Shown: positions 26,747-36,399 of the stretch, in pieces
Layout: every line of letters begins with the position of its first letter
Position numbering within the stretch: the first letter of the stretch is position 1
Source: Dehalococcoidia bacterium
Lineage (GTDB): Bacteria; Chloroflexota; Dehalococcoidia; Lucifugimonadales; CAJWER01
Reading direction: 5' to 3'
Assembly (NCBI GenBank): GCA_965204975.1
Contig: OZ242024.1
Span: 1,092,197-1,156,196, forward strand
DNA: 64,000 nucleotides
Translations under genes and position numbers: made by a program
Notes under the pieces: generated by a model
Database searches by the model: none
What the model saw: the letters and a program-made list of their open reading frames with translations, nothing else
Told to the model about the DNA's origin: nothing

Positions 26747-27691
26747 CTATACCAACGGCATCACGTCCGCCGCGAACGTTTCGAGGTTGTCCAGCATCTC
26801 GGAGAGGCAGTCGGCCTCGAGCCCGATCCTGATGTGGCGCACGCCAACTTCGCGGAACGCGGCTATGTCGGCGGCGACGTCGGCAGGCGCGCCGGTGAAG
26901 GGCCGCCTCTCTGTCGGAGCATCGCCGGACGCCGGAATGGCCGTGCCAGCGACGCTGTAGGCCAGGTCGATGCTGTCGGGGTCGCGACCGGCCCGCTCGG
27001 CGTGGGCACGAATGCGGTCGACGGCCTCAGCGTATTGTGCGGGCGTCCTGATGGTGAATTTCGGGTTGCTGCCTATCGGGTACCAGGCGTTGCCTAGCCG
27101 TCCTGCCCTCCTGAGGGCCGGAGGGCTCTCGCCACCGATCCAGATCGGCGGGTGAGGCCGCTGCACGGGCCTGGGGGCAAAGGTCACGTCCGAGAAGTTG
27201 ACGTGTCTACCTTCGAAGGCGGGCGAGTCGCTAGTCCAAAGCTCGCGGAAGGCGCGGATGTACTCGTCGCCGACCAGCCCGCGCTCCTCGTACGGGGGCG
27301 TGTCCAGCACCTCGAACTCCTCGCGCATCCAGCCGACACCGCAGCCGACCGTGAGCCGGCCGCCGGAGAGCACGTCGACGGTCGCCAGCATCTTGGCCGC
27401 AAGGAGCGGGTTGCGGTGGGGCAGCACCATGACAGAGCTGAGGAGCCTGATGCGGGTGGTCATGCCCGCCAGAAAGCTCAGGAGGGTGAGCTGGTCCATA
27501 CACGAGCCGTCGGTGCCGAACTCGCCGGTGGGGCTGTAGGGGTAGAGCGACCTGATGCTGTTGGGGATGATGACGTGGTCGCTGACCGCCAGGAATCCGA
27601 AACCAAGCTCATCGCCACGCGTGGCGAGTGCGGAGATGGCCTCTGCATTAGCGAGCGGGCCGCGTGTCGGGATGGTGAATCCGAAGTCCAT
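26747..27691 (-). CDS. LLM-class (luciferase-like) F420/flavin-dependent oxidoreductase
   Basis: MDFGFTIP start, FLAVSDHV, GGRLTVGCGVGWMREEF and PPIWIGGESP patterns. Confidence 0.85.
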   Translation of the reverse strand: MDFGFTIPTRGPLANAEAISALATRGDELGFGFLAVSDHVIIPNSIRSLYPYSPTGEFGTDGSCMDQLTLLSFLAGMTTRIRLLSSVMVLPHRNPLLAAKMLATVDVLSGGRLTVGCGVGWMREEFEVLDTPPYEERGLVGDEYIRAFRELWTSDSPAFEGRHVNFSDVTFAPRPVQRPHPPIWIGGESPPALRRAGRLGNAWYPIGSNPKFTIRTPAQYAEAVDRIRAHAERAGRDPDSIDLAYSVAGTAIPASGDAPTERRPFTGAPADVAADIAAFREVGVRHIRIGLEADCLSEMLDNLETFAADVMPLV

Positions 27692-27786
27692 ATCTTGTGG
27701 AGAGCAGGCCTCTATGCACAAAGTGTTGCAGCGATGCCAGCGTATAGCCGGGCTGGGCGCGTGTCAACCATGACCAGCGCAGACTC

Positions 27787-29283
27787 TCACGTAGTCGATG
27801 GCTCGGCAGCGGCGTTGGCGCCGGCGATGCGGCCTGTGGCGAAGGCCCATACGAGGGCGTGGCCGTGACCGGCTATGAGTGCGTTGGAGGCGGCGTTTAT
27901 GCCGGCGCCGTATAGCCCGGGGATGTGGTCGCCGGACGTGTCGAGGACGTGCATTTCAGCATCGACCTTCAGGCCGCCGGTCGCGCCGATGGAGATGCTC
28001 AGCGGGCCTATGGCGTGGAGAGGCGGCCTGAGGGGACCAGGGCCGAATGAGTCGCGGCCGAAGGGGTCGCGGGCCTCGCCGGCGGCGATGCGGTCGACCT
28101 CGCCCAAGGTCTGTTCCAGGGCACCCGGTGGCACCCCGATCTGCTCCGCGAGACCGGCTGCGGTCGGCGATTCGAAGTAGTAGCTCGTCCTGCTGCGGTA
28201 GTCGTCGACGTAGGCGTAGGATATGGCCGGAAACGTGGAGATGAAGAGCTTTCCAGTCCGATGCCAGCCGTTCCGGCCGGGGCCCGAGTCCTCCTCGGCG
28301 ACGGCTATCCTGTCTGCGAGCTGCGAGTCGAATACGATGAACGGCCCGCCGCCCGGCAGCCTGGCGGCCGCGGCTTCCGGATTTTCGAGCTCGTTGGCGA
28401 ACCTGCGGCCCCCGGAGTCGACGAGGATCGCGCCGGCGTCGAACAGGTGGGGCTCGGGCCGAACGTAGGGCGGCCTGGGCGACCTGAAGCTGGGTGACGA
28501 GCCGCCGTCCATTCCCGCGACGGATGCGCCAACATCCATGGCCGCGACGATGCCGTCGCCTGTCGCGTCTACGGGCAGCGTCCCGACGCCCTCCATTTCG
28601 AGCGGGCGGCCGTACCTGCGGGCCAGATCGACGTTCGCGCTGTAGTAGCCGGTCGCGAGTACGACGCCCCGGCGTGAATAGAGCATAGTCCGCCCGCCGG
28701 TCTCGGCATCTTCCAGCAGCGCGCCCGTCACGCGGCCCCCGCTGTCCCGCTCAAGCTCGACCAGGCGGGTCCGCGTCCTGAATGTTACCCCTGCCCGTTC
28801 TGCTTCAAGGCGGAGGGCGTCGATGTAAGCGATGGGGCCGGGTACGACGTTGTGCATACGCGGCACGGAGTGGGGAGGCTCCGGGTGGGGGCCGGTGAAG
28901 CGGAGGCCCAGGTCGATCATTCGCTGCAGGGCTCCAGGGGCCGACTCGATGAGGAGCCGGGTCAGGTCGAGGTCGTAGTCGGCGGGAGTCGCGCCTGGCG
29001 GCATTAGCTTGAGGTAGTCCTGGAAGTGGGCGCCGGTGTCGTCACGGACGCCGGCTGCCTCCTGAAGGGCGGTGCCGGAAGCGGAGATCGTCCCGACGGA
29101 CATCCCTGTTGCGCCGCCGAGCCGGTCCCCCTTTTCGATCAGGACTACATCCGCGCCGCGCTCCGCAGCGGCTACGGCAGCCGACAGCCCCGCGCCGCCG
29201 CCGCCGGCAACGAGGACGTCGCAGGTCTCGGTCGCGGGGGAACCGTGCAGATGAGAGGACATGGCTAGTGTTGTGACCATCAC
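27787..29283 (-). CDS. FAD-dependent oxidoreductase (fumarate reductase/KstD-like flavoprotein)
   Basis: DVLVAGGGGAGLSAAVAAAERGADVVLIEK dinucleotide fold and C-terminal GLYGAG motif. Confidence 0.8.
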   Translation of the reverse strand: MMVTTLAMSSHLHGSPATETCDVLVAGGGGAGLSAAVAAAERGADVVLIEKGDRLGGATGMSVGTISASGTALQEAAGVRDDTGAHFQDYLKLMPPGATPADYDLDLTRLLIESAPGALQRMIDLGLRFTGPHPEPPHSVPRMHNVVPGPIAYIDALRLEAERAGVTFRTRTRLVELERDSGGRVTGALLEDAETGGRTMLYSRRGVVLATGYYSANVDLARRYGRPLEMEGVGTLPVDATGDGIVAAMDVGASVAGMDGGSSPSFRSPRPPYVRPEPHLFDAGAILVDSGGRRFANELENPEAAAARLPGGGPFIVFDSQLADRIAVAEEDSGPGRNGWHRTGKLFISTFPAISYAYVDDYRSRTSYYFESPTAAGLAEQIGVPPGALEQTLGEVDRIAAGEARDPFGRDSFGPGPLRPPLHAIGPLSISIGATGGLKVDAEMHVLDTSGDHIPGLYGAGINAASNALIAGHGHALVWAFATGRIAGANAAAEPSTT

Positions 29284-29290
29284 CCTCGCC

Positions 29291-29310
29291 CTTTCGACAG
29301 GCTCAGGACA
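29291..29310 (+). repeat. dispersed intergenic element, copy 2 (CTTTCGACAGGCTCAGGACA)
   Basis: Shares TTCGACAGGCTCAGG with the copies at 3712, 40490 and 61504. Confidence 0.55.
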
Positions 29311-29344
29311 GGCCCGGCCCTCTCTCTTGACGGGAGTGGGAGTC

Positions 29345-30016
29345 CTATTCGGCCGGGCAGGCCCATATGAGCGAGGCTATTTCGTAGCTGAACGCGAGAT
29401 TACGTCCTTCGCAGACGAGGGTGATGACTCCCCTGCTGGCGGCAGCCTCCTCGACATGGAACTTCGCTCCCGGGATGAGGTCGTTTGCGACCATGTACTC
29501 CAGGAGCGCCTGGTCGTCCTCCGGCACCCTGTCGATCACCATCTGGGTGCCGGGTTCTGCTTTGTCGAGGGAGACGGCGTTGGCAGGCGAGGTGTAGCCG
29601 CTACCCGGGACTGGATGCCCGAAAGGGCACGTGGAGGGATTCCCGAGCTTCTCCACGATTCTCTCTTCAAGCTCGGGGGAGATCGCGTGTTCCAGGCGGT
29701 GGGCCTCCATGTGGGACTTCGCGAGGTCCACGCCGAGGATGTCGACGACCATGCGCTCGGCGAGCCTGTGCCTCCGCACGATACTCTCGGCGGCAACGCG
29801 TCCGTCGCCTGTCAACACGACGCCCCGCTCCTGGTCGGACTCGACGAGGCCCTCGCGGCTCATGCGCCTGATCATCGCGCTGACGGAGGGCAGTGACGTG
29901 CCGAGACCCTCCGCCTCAGGCAGCGTCCTGAGGTGGTCGGCGAGCTGGGTCAGGCTCAGCCTGGACTGCTGTTCCTGCAGGCGGAATATCGACAGGAGGT
30001 AGTTCTCCGTCGACAT
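29345..30016 (-). CDS. DtxR/IdeR/MntR-family metal-dependent transcriptional regulator with C-terminal FeoA/SH3-like domain
   Basis: ENYLLSIFRL, SVSAMIRRMSREGLV HTH, RRHRLAERMVVDILG and HRLEHAISPELE metal site. Start set at the ATG (MSTENY). The ORF-track TTG at 30073 is possible. Confidence 0.85.
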   Translation of the reverse strand: MSTENYLLSIFRLQEQQSRLSLTQLADHLRTLPEAEGLGTSLPSVSAMIRRMSREGLVESDQERGVVLTGDGRVAAESIVRRHRLAERMVVDILGVDLAKSHMEAHRLEHAISPELEERIVEKLGNPSTCPFGHPVPGSGYTSPANAVSLDKAEPGTQMVIDRVPEDDQALLEYMVANDLIPGAKFHVEEAAASRGVITLVCEGRNLAFSYEIASLIWACPAE

Positions 30017-30249
30017 CGACAGACGAGTCTCTTCCTCATTCGATCGGGCCGGTTTTTGCTTGGCAGTGGCCAATTGGTTAGCTCGTGGAATTGATTGTCA
30101 CTGAAGTTATCAAATCTGGGCGCACGGTTCAATCTCGCCGGTCTGTGCCGAAGGTCGGAAAGCCCAGTTTTGCGCAGCTCAACCCGGCCCCCCGACTCCA
30201 AATGTACCCGGCTCTCGCCGGTATAGCAGGTACACCGGGGCGGAAAGTC

Positions 30250-30278
30250 TTGACTTTCTTCTTGTGGATATACATACT
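30250..30278 (+). promoter_or_regulatory. possible promoter (TTGACT-17 nt-CATACT) in an AT-rich patch
   Basis: This is the only AT-rich patch in the 428-nt gap. It would give a leader of roughly 160 nt before the permease gene. Confidence 0.3.
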
Positions 30279-30444
30279 TACCGCCGGAATAAAGCGATAT
30301 GCAGCGGGCTGACTTTGACGGCAGGAAGTGGGCCGCTTCGTATCGTCGAGAAGCCCAGGGTTCGGGTCCGAATGCGTCCAGTTAGCCCGTCCACGGAGAA
30401 ACAGCCGAGCGGACGTAACACTATGAACGGCCCAGGCACAAACC

Positions 30445-32085
30445 ATGCAGGCAGTTAGCCGCAGACCACTGCCCGGCTTTGGCCTCGGGAATCGCTTCCC
30501 CGCCCTCGCGGCGCCTCCGATCGTGCTGGCGCCCGCGATGCTGGTCGGGCTGGCCATGGCGCTGCCCCTATGCTACCTGCTGATACGGAGCGCCGGCGCC
30601 AGCGGCGAGGCCTGGGACCTGCTGTTCCGGGCCAACACCGTCCAGACCCTTGCCAGGACCGCTCTGCTCATAGTTACGGTCACCGCGGTCTCGGCGGCCA
30701 TAGCCATTCCGCTGGCCTGGCTGACGGTGAGGACGGACCTGCCGATGCGCCGCATGTGGTCGGTGGTGACCGTGCTGCCGCTGGTGATTCCAACCTACGT
30801 CGGAGCCTTCCTCTTCATCTCGGCACTAGGGCCCGGCGGTCTTCTGCAGCAGGCGCTCGACCCACTTGGAGTCGGCCGCCTTCCGGAGGTCTACGGACTC
30901 GGCGGCGCCACTCTGACGCTGGCACTGCTCAGCTACCCATACCTGCTCCTGACGCTCAGGGGCGCGTGGAGCAGCCTGGACCCGGCCGCCGAGGACTCGG
31001 CGCGAAGCCTCGGACACGGGCCCTGGAGTGCGGTGCTGCGGGTTACCCTGCCCCAGCTCCGTCCGGCCATCGCGGCAGGCTCGCTGCTGGTGGCCCTGTA
31101 CACGCTGAGCGACTTCGGCGCCGTGTCGCTCATGAGATACCCGACCTTCACCTGGGTGATCTTCCAGCAGTACGAGTCGTCGTTCGACCGCTCGATCGCG
31201 GCGGTGCTGTCCCTGGTAGTCGTTGGGATGGCGATGGTGATCCTGGTCCTGGGAGGGCGGACGGAAGCCCGGCTCCGGTACTACCGGAATGGGTCGGGGG
31301 CTCCCCGCAGTCCCAGGGTTGTGCAGCTGGGCCGGTGGAAGTGGCCGGCGTTGCTGCTGTGCGGCGGCGTCGCCACGCTGTCGCTGGCGGTTCCGGCAAT
31401 AGTGCTGGTGCAGTGGCTGGTGAGGGGCGCACTGTCGGGCGAGCCGCTGTTCCTCTTCCTCGAGGCCGCCCGGAACTCGGTGCTCGTGTCGCTGCTGGCG
31501 GGAGGGGCCGCAGCCGCCCTGTCGATTCCCCTGGCAGTCCTGGTGGTCCGGCATCCGGGCAGGCTGAGCCGGCTGCTGGAGCGCCTGACGTTCACCGGAT
31601 ACGCGCTGCCGGGGGTGGTCGTCGCACTCTCGCTGGTGTTCTTCGGCGCAAACTACGCGCGGCCGCTGTACCAGACGACTTGGCTGCTGGTGTTCGCCTA
31701 CGTGGTGCTGTTCTTCCCGGCGGCGCTGGGAGCGACCAAGGCCGCTCTGCATCACGTCAGTCCCCGAATCGAAGAGGCGGCACGTGGCCTGGGATGGAGC
31801 TCGGGCCAGGTGATGGCGCGGGTTACCGTGCCATTGACACGATCAGGCGTATTGGCTGGGGCAGCGCTCGTCTTCCTGGTGTCGATGAAGGAGCTGCCCG
31901 CCACGCTAATCCTGAGCCCGCTGGGCTTCGAGACGCTGGCGACGGCGGTGTGGTCGGCATCGTCTGAGGCCTTCTTCGCCCGTGCCGCCGTGCCGGCGCT
32001 GATGATCATTCTCATGTCGTCGGTCCCCATGGCCTACCTGGCCACGCGGGAGCGTCCCGAATACTTCGGCACAAAGGGAACATGA
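30445..32085 (+). CDS. iron(III)/thiamine-type ABC transporter permease (two fused BPD domains, FbpB/ThiP-like)
   Basis: 546 aa with duplicated 6-TM modules, each carrying an EAA-like loop (EDSARSLG.. and EEAARGLG..). Confidence 0.85.
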   Translation: MQAVSRRPLPGFGLGNRFPALAAPPIVLAPAMLVGLAMALPLCYLLIRSAGASGEAWDLLFRANTVQTLARTALLIVTVTAVSAAIAIPLAWLTVRTDLPMRRMWSVVTVLPLVIPTYVGAFLFISALGPGGLLQQALDPLGVGRLPEVYGLGGATLTLALLSYPYLLLTLRGAWSSLDPAAEDSARSLGHGPWSAVLRVTLPQLRPAIAAGSLLVALYTLSDFGAVSLMRYPTFTWVIFQQYESSFDRSIAAVLSLVVVGMAMVILVLGGRTEARLRYYRNGSGAPRSPRVVQLGRWKWPALLLCGGVATLSLAVPAIVLVQWLVRGALSGEPLFLFLEAARNSVLVSLLAGGAAAALSIPLAVLVVRHPGRLSRLLERLTFTGYALPGVVVALSLVFFGANYARPLYQTTWLLVFAYVVLFFPAALGATKAALHHVSPRIEEAARGLGWSSGQVMARVTVPLTRSGVLAGAALVFLVSMKELPATLILSPLGFETLATAVWSASSEAFFARAAVPALMIILMSSVPMAYLATRERPEYFGTKGT

Positions 32086-33134
32086 GCGCGCCTGTAATCG
32101 AGTGCACGGCCGTATCCAAGAGCTTCGGACCGGTGCCCGCCGTCGATGAAGTCAGCTTCGCGCTCCAGACTGGGGAGGTGCTATCGATCCTCGGCCCGAG
32201 CGGAGCCGGAAAGACCACCCTTCTGCGCCTGATAGCCGGATTCGACAGGCTGGACGGAGGGGAGATCAGCATCCAGGGCCGCGTGGTGTCGGGGCAATCG
32301 CAGCACGTCCCCCCGGACCGCAGGAACGTTGGCATGGTTTTCCAGGAGTACGCGCTCTTCCCACACAAGACGGTTGCGGAGAACGTCACCTTCGGGCTGC
32401 ACAGGCTGGAGGGGAACGAGCGCGACCGGAGGCTGGCCGAGGTAATCGAGCTGGTGAAGCTCGAGGGCCTGGAGGGCCGCTACCCCCACGAGCTCTCCGG
32501 GGGACAGCAGCAGAGGGTCGCGCTCGCGCGTACGATCGCACCCCGACCGGCTGCCGCGCTGCTGGACGAGCCGTTCAGCAACCTGGACGCGGGGCTGCGC
32601 CGCGAGATGCGGCGAGAGGTAGGGAACATTCTCCGTGAAAGCGGCACCGCGACGATAATAGTGACTCACGACCAGGAGGCAGCGTTCGCCGTGGGCGACC
32701 GGGTGGGTGTAGTCAGGGACGGGCAACTCGAGCAGGTGGACGCACCCTACGCGATATACGAATCGCCGGCGACGCAGTTCGTGGCGCGGATGGTTGGGAC
32801 CGGCGACTTCATCGCCGGCGAGGTTCGCGACGGGATGGCCGCGACGGAGATCGGCGCGCTCCCGTTCCGGAGCACCAATGGAGCGCTCAAGGAAGGGACC
32901 CGGGTATCCCTGCTATCCCGGCCGGATGACTTCCAGGTGAAGCCGGACCAGGAGGGGCCCGCTATCGTCCGGGCCCGCGAGTTCCTCGGCGAGGCGACAG
33001 TCCTGGACGTGGAGATGCCGTCGGGGGCGGCGCTGAGATGCCGCCAGCTGTCCTATGCGGCAGTCGCGCCAGGGTCTCGCGTATCACTCGTACCCGAGTC
33101 GGGGAAGCTCTTCCTGGCCTTCAGCGAGCCGTAG
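32082..33134 (+). CDS. ABC transporter ATP-binding protein (FbpC/PotA-like with C-terminal TOBE-like domain)
   Basis: ATGA overlap with the permease. GPSGAGKTT, LSGGQQQR and LLDEPFSNLD. Confidence 0.9.
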   Translation: MSAPVIECTAVSKSFGPVPAVDEVSFALQTGEVLSILGPSGAGKTTLLRLIAGFDRLDGGEISIQGRVVSGQSQHVPPDRRNVGMVFQEYALFPHKTVAENVTFGLHRLEGNERDRRLAEVIELVKLEGLEGRYPHELSGGQQQRVALARTIAPRPAAALLDEPFSNLDAGLRREMRREVGNILRESGTATIIVTHDQEAAFAVGDRVGVVRDGQLEQVDAPYAIYESPATQFVARMVGTGDFIAGEVRDGMAATEIGALPFRSTNGALKEGTRVSLLSRPDDFQVKPDQEGPAIVRAREFLGEATVLDVEMPSGAALRCRQLSYAAVAPGSRVSLVPESGKLFLAFSEP

Positions 33135-33143
33135 GCTCGTAGG

Positions 33144-33971
33144 CTAGACGACGGCCCCGGTGGACTTGCGCCAGGCCATGCCTTCGGTGCGACGCATGAA
33201 CTCGGAATGCAGTGCACGGCTCGACACCACGATGCCGTCGGAGTACAGCCCTGCCCTCCTGCCCGTCCTGTCAGTGACGACGCCCCCAGCCTCCTCGGCG
33301 AGCAGCATCCCGGCGACCTGGTCCCAGGGTTCGAGCCGGTGGTGGAAGTAGAGGTCCGTCCGGCCTGTAGCGGCGTAGGACAGCCCGAGAGCCGCCGATC
33401 CCATGATGCGCGCCGTCTGCATGCCCGGCCAGATCTCGCGGATAACCTCGAGACCGTTTGCCGCGCCCTCGTTGTTGTAGCTCAGGTCGGTGCCGATGAT
33501 GCACTCGGCGAGCTCCGTACGCTCCGAGACGGAGACGCGCTTGCCATTCAGGTACGCCCCTCTGCCGCGCTCGGCCTCGAACAGGTCCTCGCGCACCGGG
33601 TCGTAGTTCACGCCTACGAGCACCTCGCCGTCGAGGGCCAGGCCGATCACGGTCGAGAAGAAGGGTATGCCCGACGCGTAGTTGCGGGTGCCGTCGAGCG
33701 GGTCGACGATCCAGACGTAGCCCTTGCCGGCGTGTACGCCCGACGACTCCTCGCCGAGCAGACCCATCTCCGGGTACTCGCGTTGCAGGATGCCAAGCAC
33801 CTCCTCCTCCACCTCGGTGTCCACGTCCGTGACTATGTTGCCGCGGCCCTTGTAGGAGACGTTGATGGAGGTGCGGAAGCGTTGCAGCAGAATCTCGCCA
33901 GCCCTGAGGGCGGCTTCCCGGGCGACCTGGCTCGCCGGCTTGCCTGACGAGCTATGCGGTATGCCGGTCAT
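33144..33971 (-). CDS. inositol monophosphatase family protein
   Basis: EES, WIVDPLDGTRNY and WD motifs. Start set at the ATG at 33971 because the ORF-track start at 33998 would lie inside a REP-like hairpin. Confidence 0.85.
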   Translation of the reverse strand: MTGIPHSSSGKPASQVAREAALRAGEILLQRFRTSINVSYKGRGNIVTDVDTEVEEEVLGILQREYPEMGLLGEESSGVHAGKGYVWIVDPLDGTRNYASGIPFFSTVIGLALDGEVLVGVNYDPVREDLFEAERGRGAYLNGKRVSVSERTELAECIIGTDLSYNNEGAANGLEVIREIWPGMQTARIMGSAALGLSYAATGRTDLYFHHRLEPWDQVAGMLLAEEAGGVVTDRTGRRAGLYSDGIVVSSRALHSEFMRRTEGMAWRKSTGAVV

Positions 33972-33988
33972 AGTCGGGTGCCTCGTGA

Positions 33989-34014
33989 GGGCGGACACGT
34001 GGGTCCGCCCCTAC
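33989..34014 (+). repeat. REP-like hairpin GGGCGGAC-ACGTGG-GTCCGCCC followed by CTAC
   Basis: 8-bp perfect stem. Same CCGCCCCTAC tail as the unit at 4394-4418. Confidence 0.55.
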
Positions 34015-34056
34015 CAATCGCAGTCGTATCGCCTTTGATGCCAGGACTTTGGGCCG

Positions 34057-35202
34057 CTAGTAGTTGGTGTAGGAGCCGTCGCGGCGGTGGAGGTGCTGGG
34101 CCTCCCAGAACTCGAACGGGGCAGAGGCGGCGTCCTCGTTGAACTCCACGCCGAGACCCGGGCCAGTCGGCACGGGGAAGCGGGTGCCTTCGATCTGCGG
34201 CTGGACAGGGAACATGTCCGGGCCGAAGACCAGGTCCTGTGTCCGCTCCTCGAGCCATGCGTAGTTGGGCACGGCGGCAGCGAAGTGCAGGTTGGCAGCA
34301 GTGCTGATCGGGCCGAGGGGGTTGTGCGGCATCATGTCGATGTAGTGGGCCTCGCACCAGCCGGCGACCTTCATCGCCTCGGTGAAGCCGCCGACGTTGC
34401 ATATGTCGATGCGCGCGAAGTTGACTATCCCCCCTTCGATGTATGGGAGGAACTGCCACTTGCTAGCGAACTCTTCACCGATGGCGAAGGGCACGTCGGT
34501 CATCCGGCGAAGTGCCTCGTAGGCGGCGGGGGTCTCGTCCCGGATCGGCTCCTCAAGGAAATCGAGTGTCCCGGACGGCATCCGCTGGCAGAACGAGGCC
34601 GCCTCGGCAACGCTGAGCCGGTGGTGGTACTCCATGCCCAGTACGGGCGCGCTGCCGACGGCCTCTCTCATCTTCACCATCCATTCGGAGGTCATGGCAA
34701 TCGACTCGCGCGGCTCGAACAAGTTCGGGTCTCCGCCCGTGTCGGGTACGCCGAAGGTGAACCTGATGGACGGCCAGCCGTCGGCCACCAGCCGCTTCGC
34801 GTCCTCGACGGCGTCCGGCCCCATGGCCGCGTGCGAGGTCGTGAAGCATGGCACCCAGTCACGCTGGGCGCCGCCAAGTAGCTGGTAGACGGGTACGTCG
34901 AGGCTCCGCGCGACCACGTCGTGCAGCGCGAGGTCTATGGCCGAGATGGCCGCGGTCAGCACCCGGCCGCCTTCGAAGTACTGGCTACGGTACATCTCCT
35001 GCCAGAGAGCGCCGATCCTGCGCGGGTCCTTGCCCAACAAGAACTCGCGGTAGTGCTGGACCGCGCCCCTGACGGCAAGCTCCCGCCCGACCAGACCAGA
35101 CTCGCCCCAGCCGTAGTAACCGGCGTCCGTCTCGATCTTGACGATCATCATGTTGCGCACGGCCCCGCGGGCAATCAGGGGTTTCACGTCAGTGATTTTC
35201 AT
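34057..35202 (-). CDS. enolase-superfamily dehydratase, D-galactonate dehydratase (DgoD)/mannonate dehydratase-like
   Basis: MKITDVKP...IVKIETDAGYYGWGE...DPRRIGALWQEMYR... aligns by eye with the N-terminus of E. coli DgoD. ATG preceded by GAGGAAAC. The 695-aa ORF-track version is an upstream extension. Confidence 0.85.
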   Translation of the reverse strand: MKITDVKPLIARGAVRNMMIVKIETDAGYYGWGESGLVGRELAVRGAVQHYREFLLGKDPRRIGALWQEMYRSQYFEGGRVLTAAISAIDLALHDVVARSLDVPVYQLLGGAQRDWVPCFTTSHAAMGPDAVEDAKRLVADGWPSIRFTFGVPDTGGDPNLFEPRESIAMTSEWMVKMREAVGSAPVLGMEYHHRLSVAEAASFCQRMPSGTLDFLEEPIRDETPAAYEALRRMTDVPFAIGEEFASKWQFLPYIEGGIVNFARIDICNVGGFTEAMKVAGWCEAHYIDMMPHNPLGPISTAANLHFAAAVPNYAWLEERTQDLVFGPDMFPVQPQIEGTRFPVPTGPGLGVEFNEDAASAPFEFWEAQHLHRRDGSYTNY

Positions 35203-35273
35203 GGTTTCCTCGCAATCTGCGGTGCGACCTGTTAGGGGGTCAACCGGGTCGAGATAGGGGGTTAGCCAGGGAC

Positions 35274-36365
35274 CTATGCCCTCAGCCGGGCCCACCGGGT
35301 ATGGGAGACCCCGTCCCGCGTGCCCCAGTAGAAGACGAGCAGGTCGCCGTCCGGCAGCAGCCTGCCGCCCGGGCGTCCGAACCCCTGGGCCATGTTCAAG
35401 GCGAGGCTGGTGTTGTCGGGGCTGCCCAGGATGGCCTCGTCTCCGGCGTCGAATACCACGGTCTCGTCCGCGTAGTGTTCGAGGTCCTCGGTGACGGCTA
35501 CCCTGATGCCCTGGGGCTCGCGGCGGTAGGCGTAGATGGCAGCGACCCTGCCGTCGGAGAGGGCGACGGGGGCGCACATCTGGCCCATCAGGTTCGTTGG
35601 CCGCGGGGCGGACCACGTGCGGCCCTGGTCTTCCGAGACAATCCAGTGGTTCGGCAGGTCCTTCACCTGGCGGTAGAGATGGGCCCAGACCGTCTCGTAA
35701 ATGCGCCCGTCCGGGAGGATGGTGCCGACGTGGTCCCACCAGTTCATGGCGCCGGTCGTGTCGTCGGCCACGACTGTCAGGTCGCCCCACGTCGCGCCCT
35801 GGTCGGAGGAGAAGAGGGCGAGGGCCTTCTGGTCGGGCGGCCCGTCGTAGCCGACGGGCTTCCAGGTCTCCAGCGGGTACATCCAACGGTCCGGGGCGAT
35901 CTGGAGGAGGTCGCCGGAGCCGTTGGCGGTGAGCTTCGACAGGTCTATCGGGACTTCCACGAACTGCGGGGCGGACCACGTGCGGCCCGCGTCCTCGGAC
36001 CAGAGGATGATGTTCTCCGGCTGCTGGAGCGTCTCGGACGAGGCATCGAAGGTCTCGGAGATCTCGCCCGTATCGAAACGCGTCGTCTTCATGAGCAGCC
36101 GTCCGCCGGCCACGCTGTATATGCGCGCGCCCCTGTACGACCACCCCTCTTCGGCTGCGCCCGGACCCTTGATCTCGCCCTCGTTAGTCCAGGTCGAGAG
36201 CCCGTCGGTCGAGCGCAGGATCTCGATCTTGGCGTCTGAGGCCGTGAAGTGGGACGCGGTGAACTGGCAGGCAATGAACGACCCGTCGGGAAGCGGCTCT
36301 ATTCCCGGCATGTAGGAGTTGCGGCCGGAGCGCATGGAGATAATTCCTTCGTCGACTATCCGCAA
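35274..36365 (-). CDS. BNR/Asp-box repeat (sialidase-fold) protein
   Basis: Four Asp-boxes (STDGLSTW, SEDAGRTW, SSDQGATW, SEDQGRTW). No signal peptide. Confidence 0.75.
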   Translation of the reverse strand: MRIVDEGIISMRSGRNSYMPGIEPLPDGSFIACQFTASHFTASDAKIEILRSTDGLSTWTNEGEIKGPGAAEEGWSYRGARIYSVAGGRLLMKTTRFDTGEISETFDASSETLQQPENIILWSEDAGRTWSAPQFVEVPIDLSKLTANGSGDLLQIAPDRWMYPLETWKPVGYDGPPDQKALALFSSDQGATWGDLTVVADDTTGAMNWWDHVGTILPDGRIYETVWAHLYRQVKDLPNHWIVSEDQGRTWSAPRPTNLMGQMCAPVALSDGRVAAIYAYRREPQGIRVAVTEDLEHYADETVVFDAGDEAILGSPDNTSLALNMAQGFGRPGGRLLPDGDLLVFYWGTRDGVSHTRWARLRA

Positions 36366-36399
36366 CTGCTCACCTCGGTTTGCACGAGACTGGAAGAGG

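Noticed and set aside
30355-30375. tRNA-like T-arm string GGTTCGGGTCCGAAT
   Set aside because: There is no acceptor stem, D-arm or anticodon arm around it, and the loop is too short. No tRNA is called anywhere in the window.
30017-30444. Possible riboswitch (TPP, cobalamin, Mn yybP-ykoY) or IdeR/DtxR iron box in the long gap
   Set aside because: I found no CUGAGA/ACCUGAUC TPP core, no B12-box and no GGGGAGUAG element. The best iron-box alignment (around AATTGGTTAGCTCGTGGAATT, 30072-30092) matches only a handful of the 19 consensus positions. The region is kept only as an unexplained leader.
35203-36144. Upstream extension making the DgoD-like ORF 695 aa, overlapping the BNR gene
   Set aside because: The extension is an alternative frame of the BNR gene with Arg/Pro/Gly-rich composition. 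The canonical dehydratase N-terminus MKITDVKP with a GAGGAAAC SD begins at 35202.
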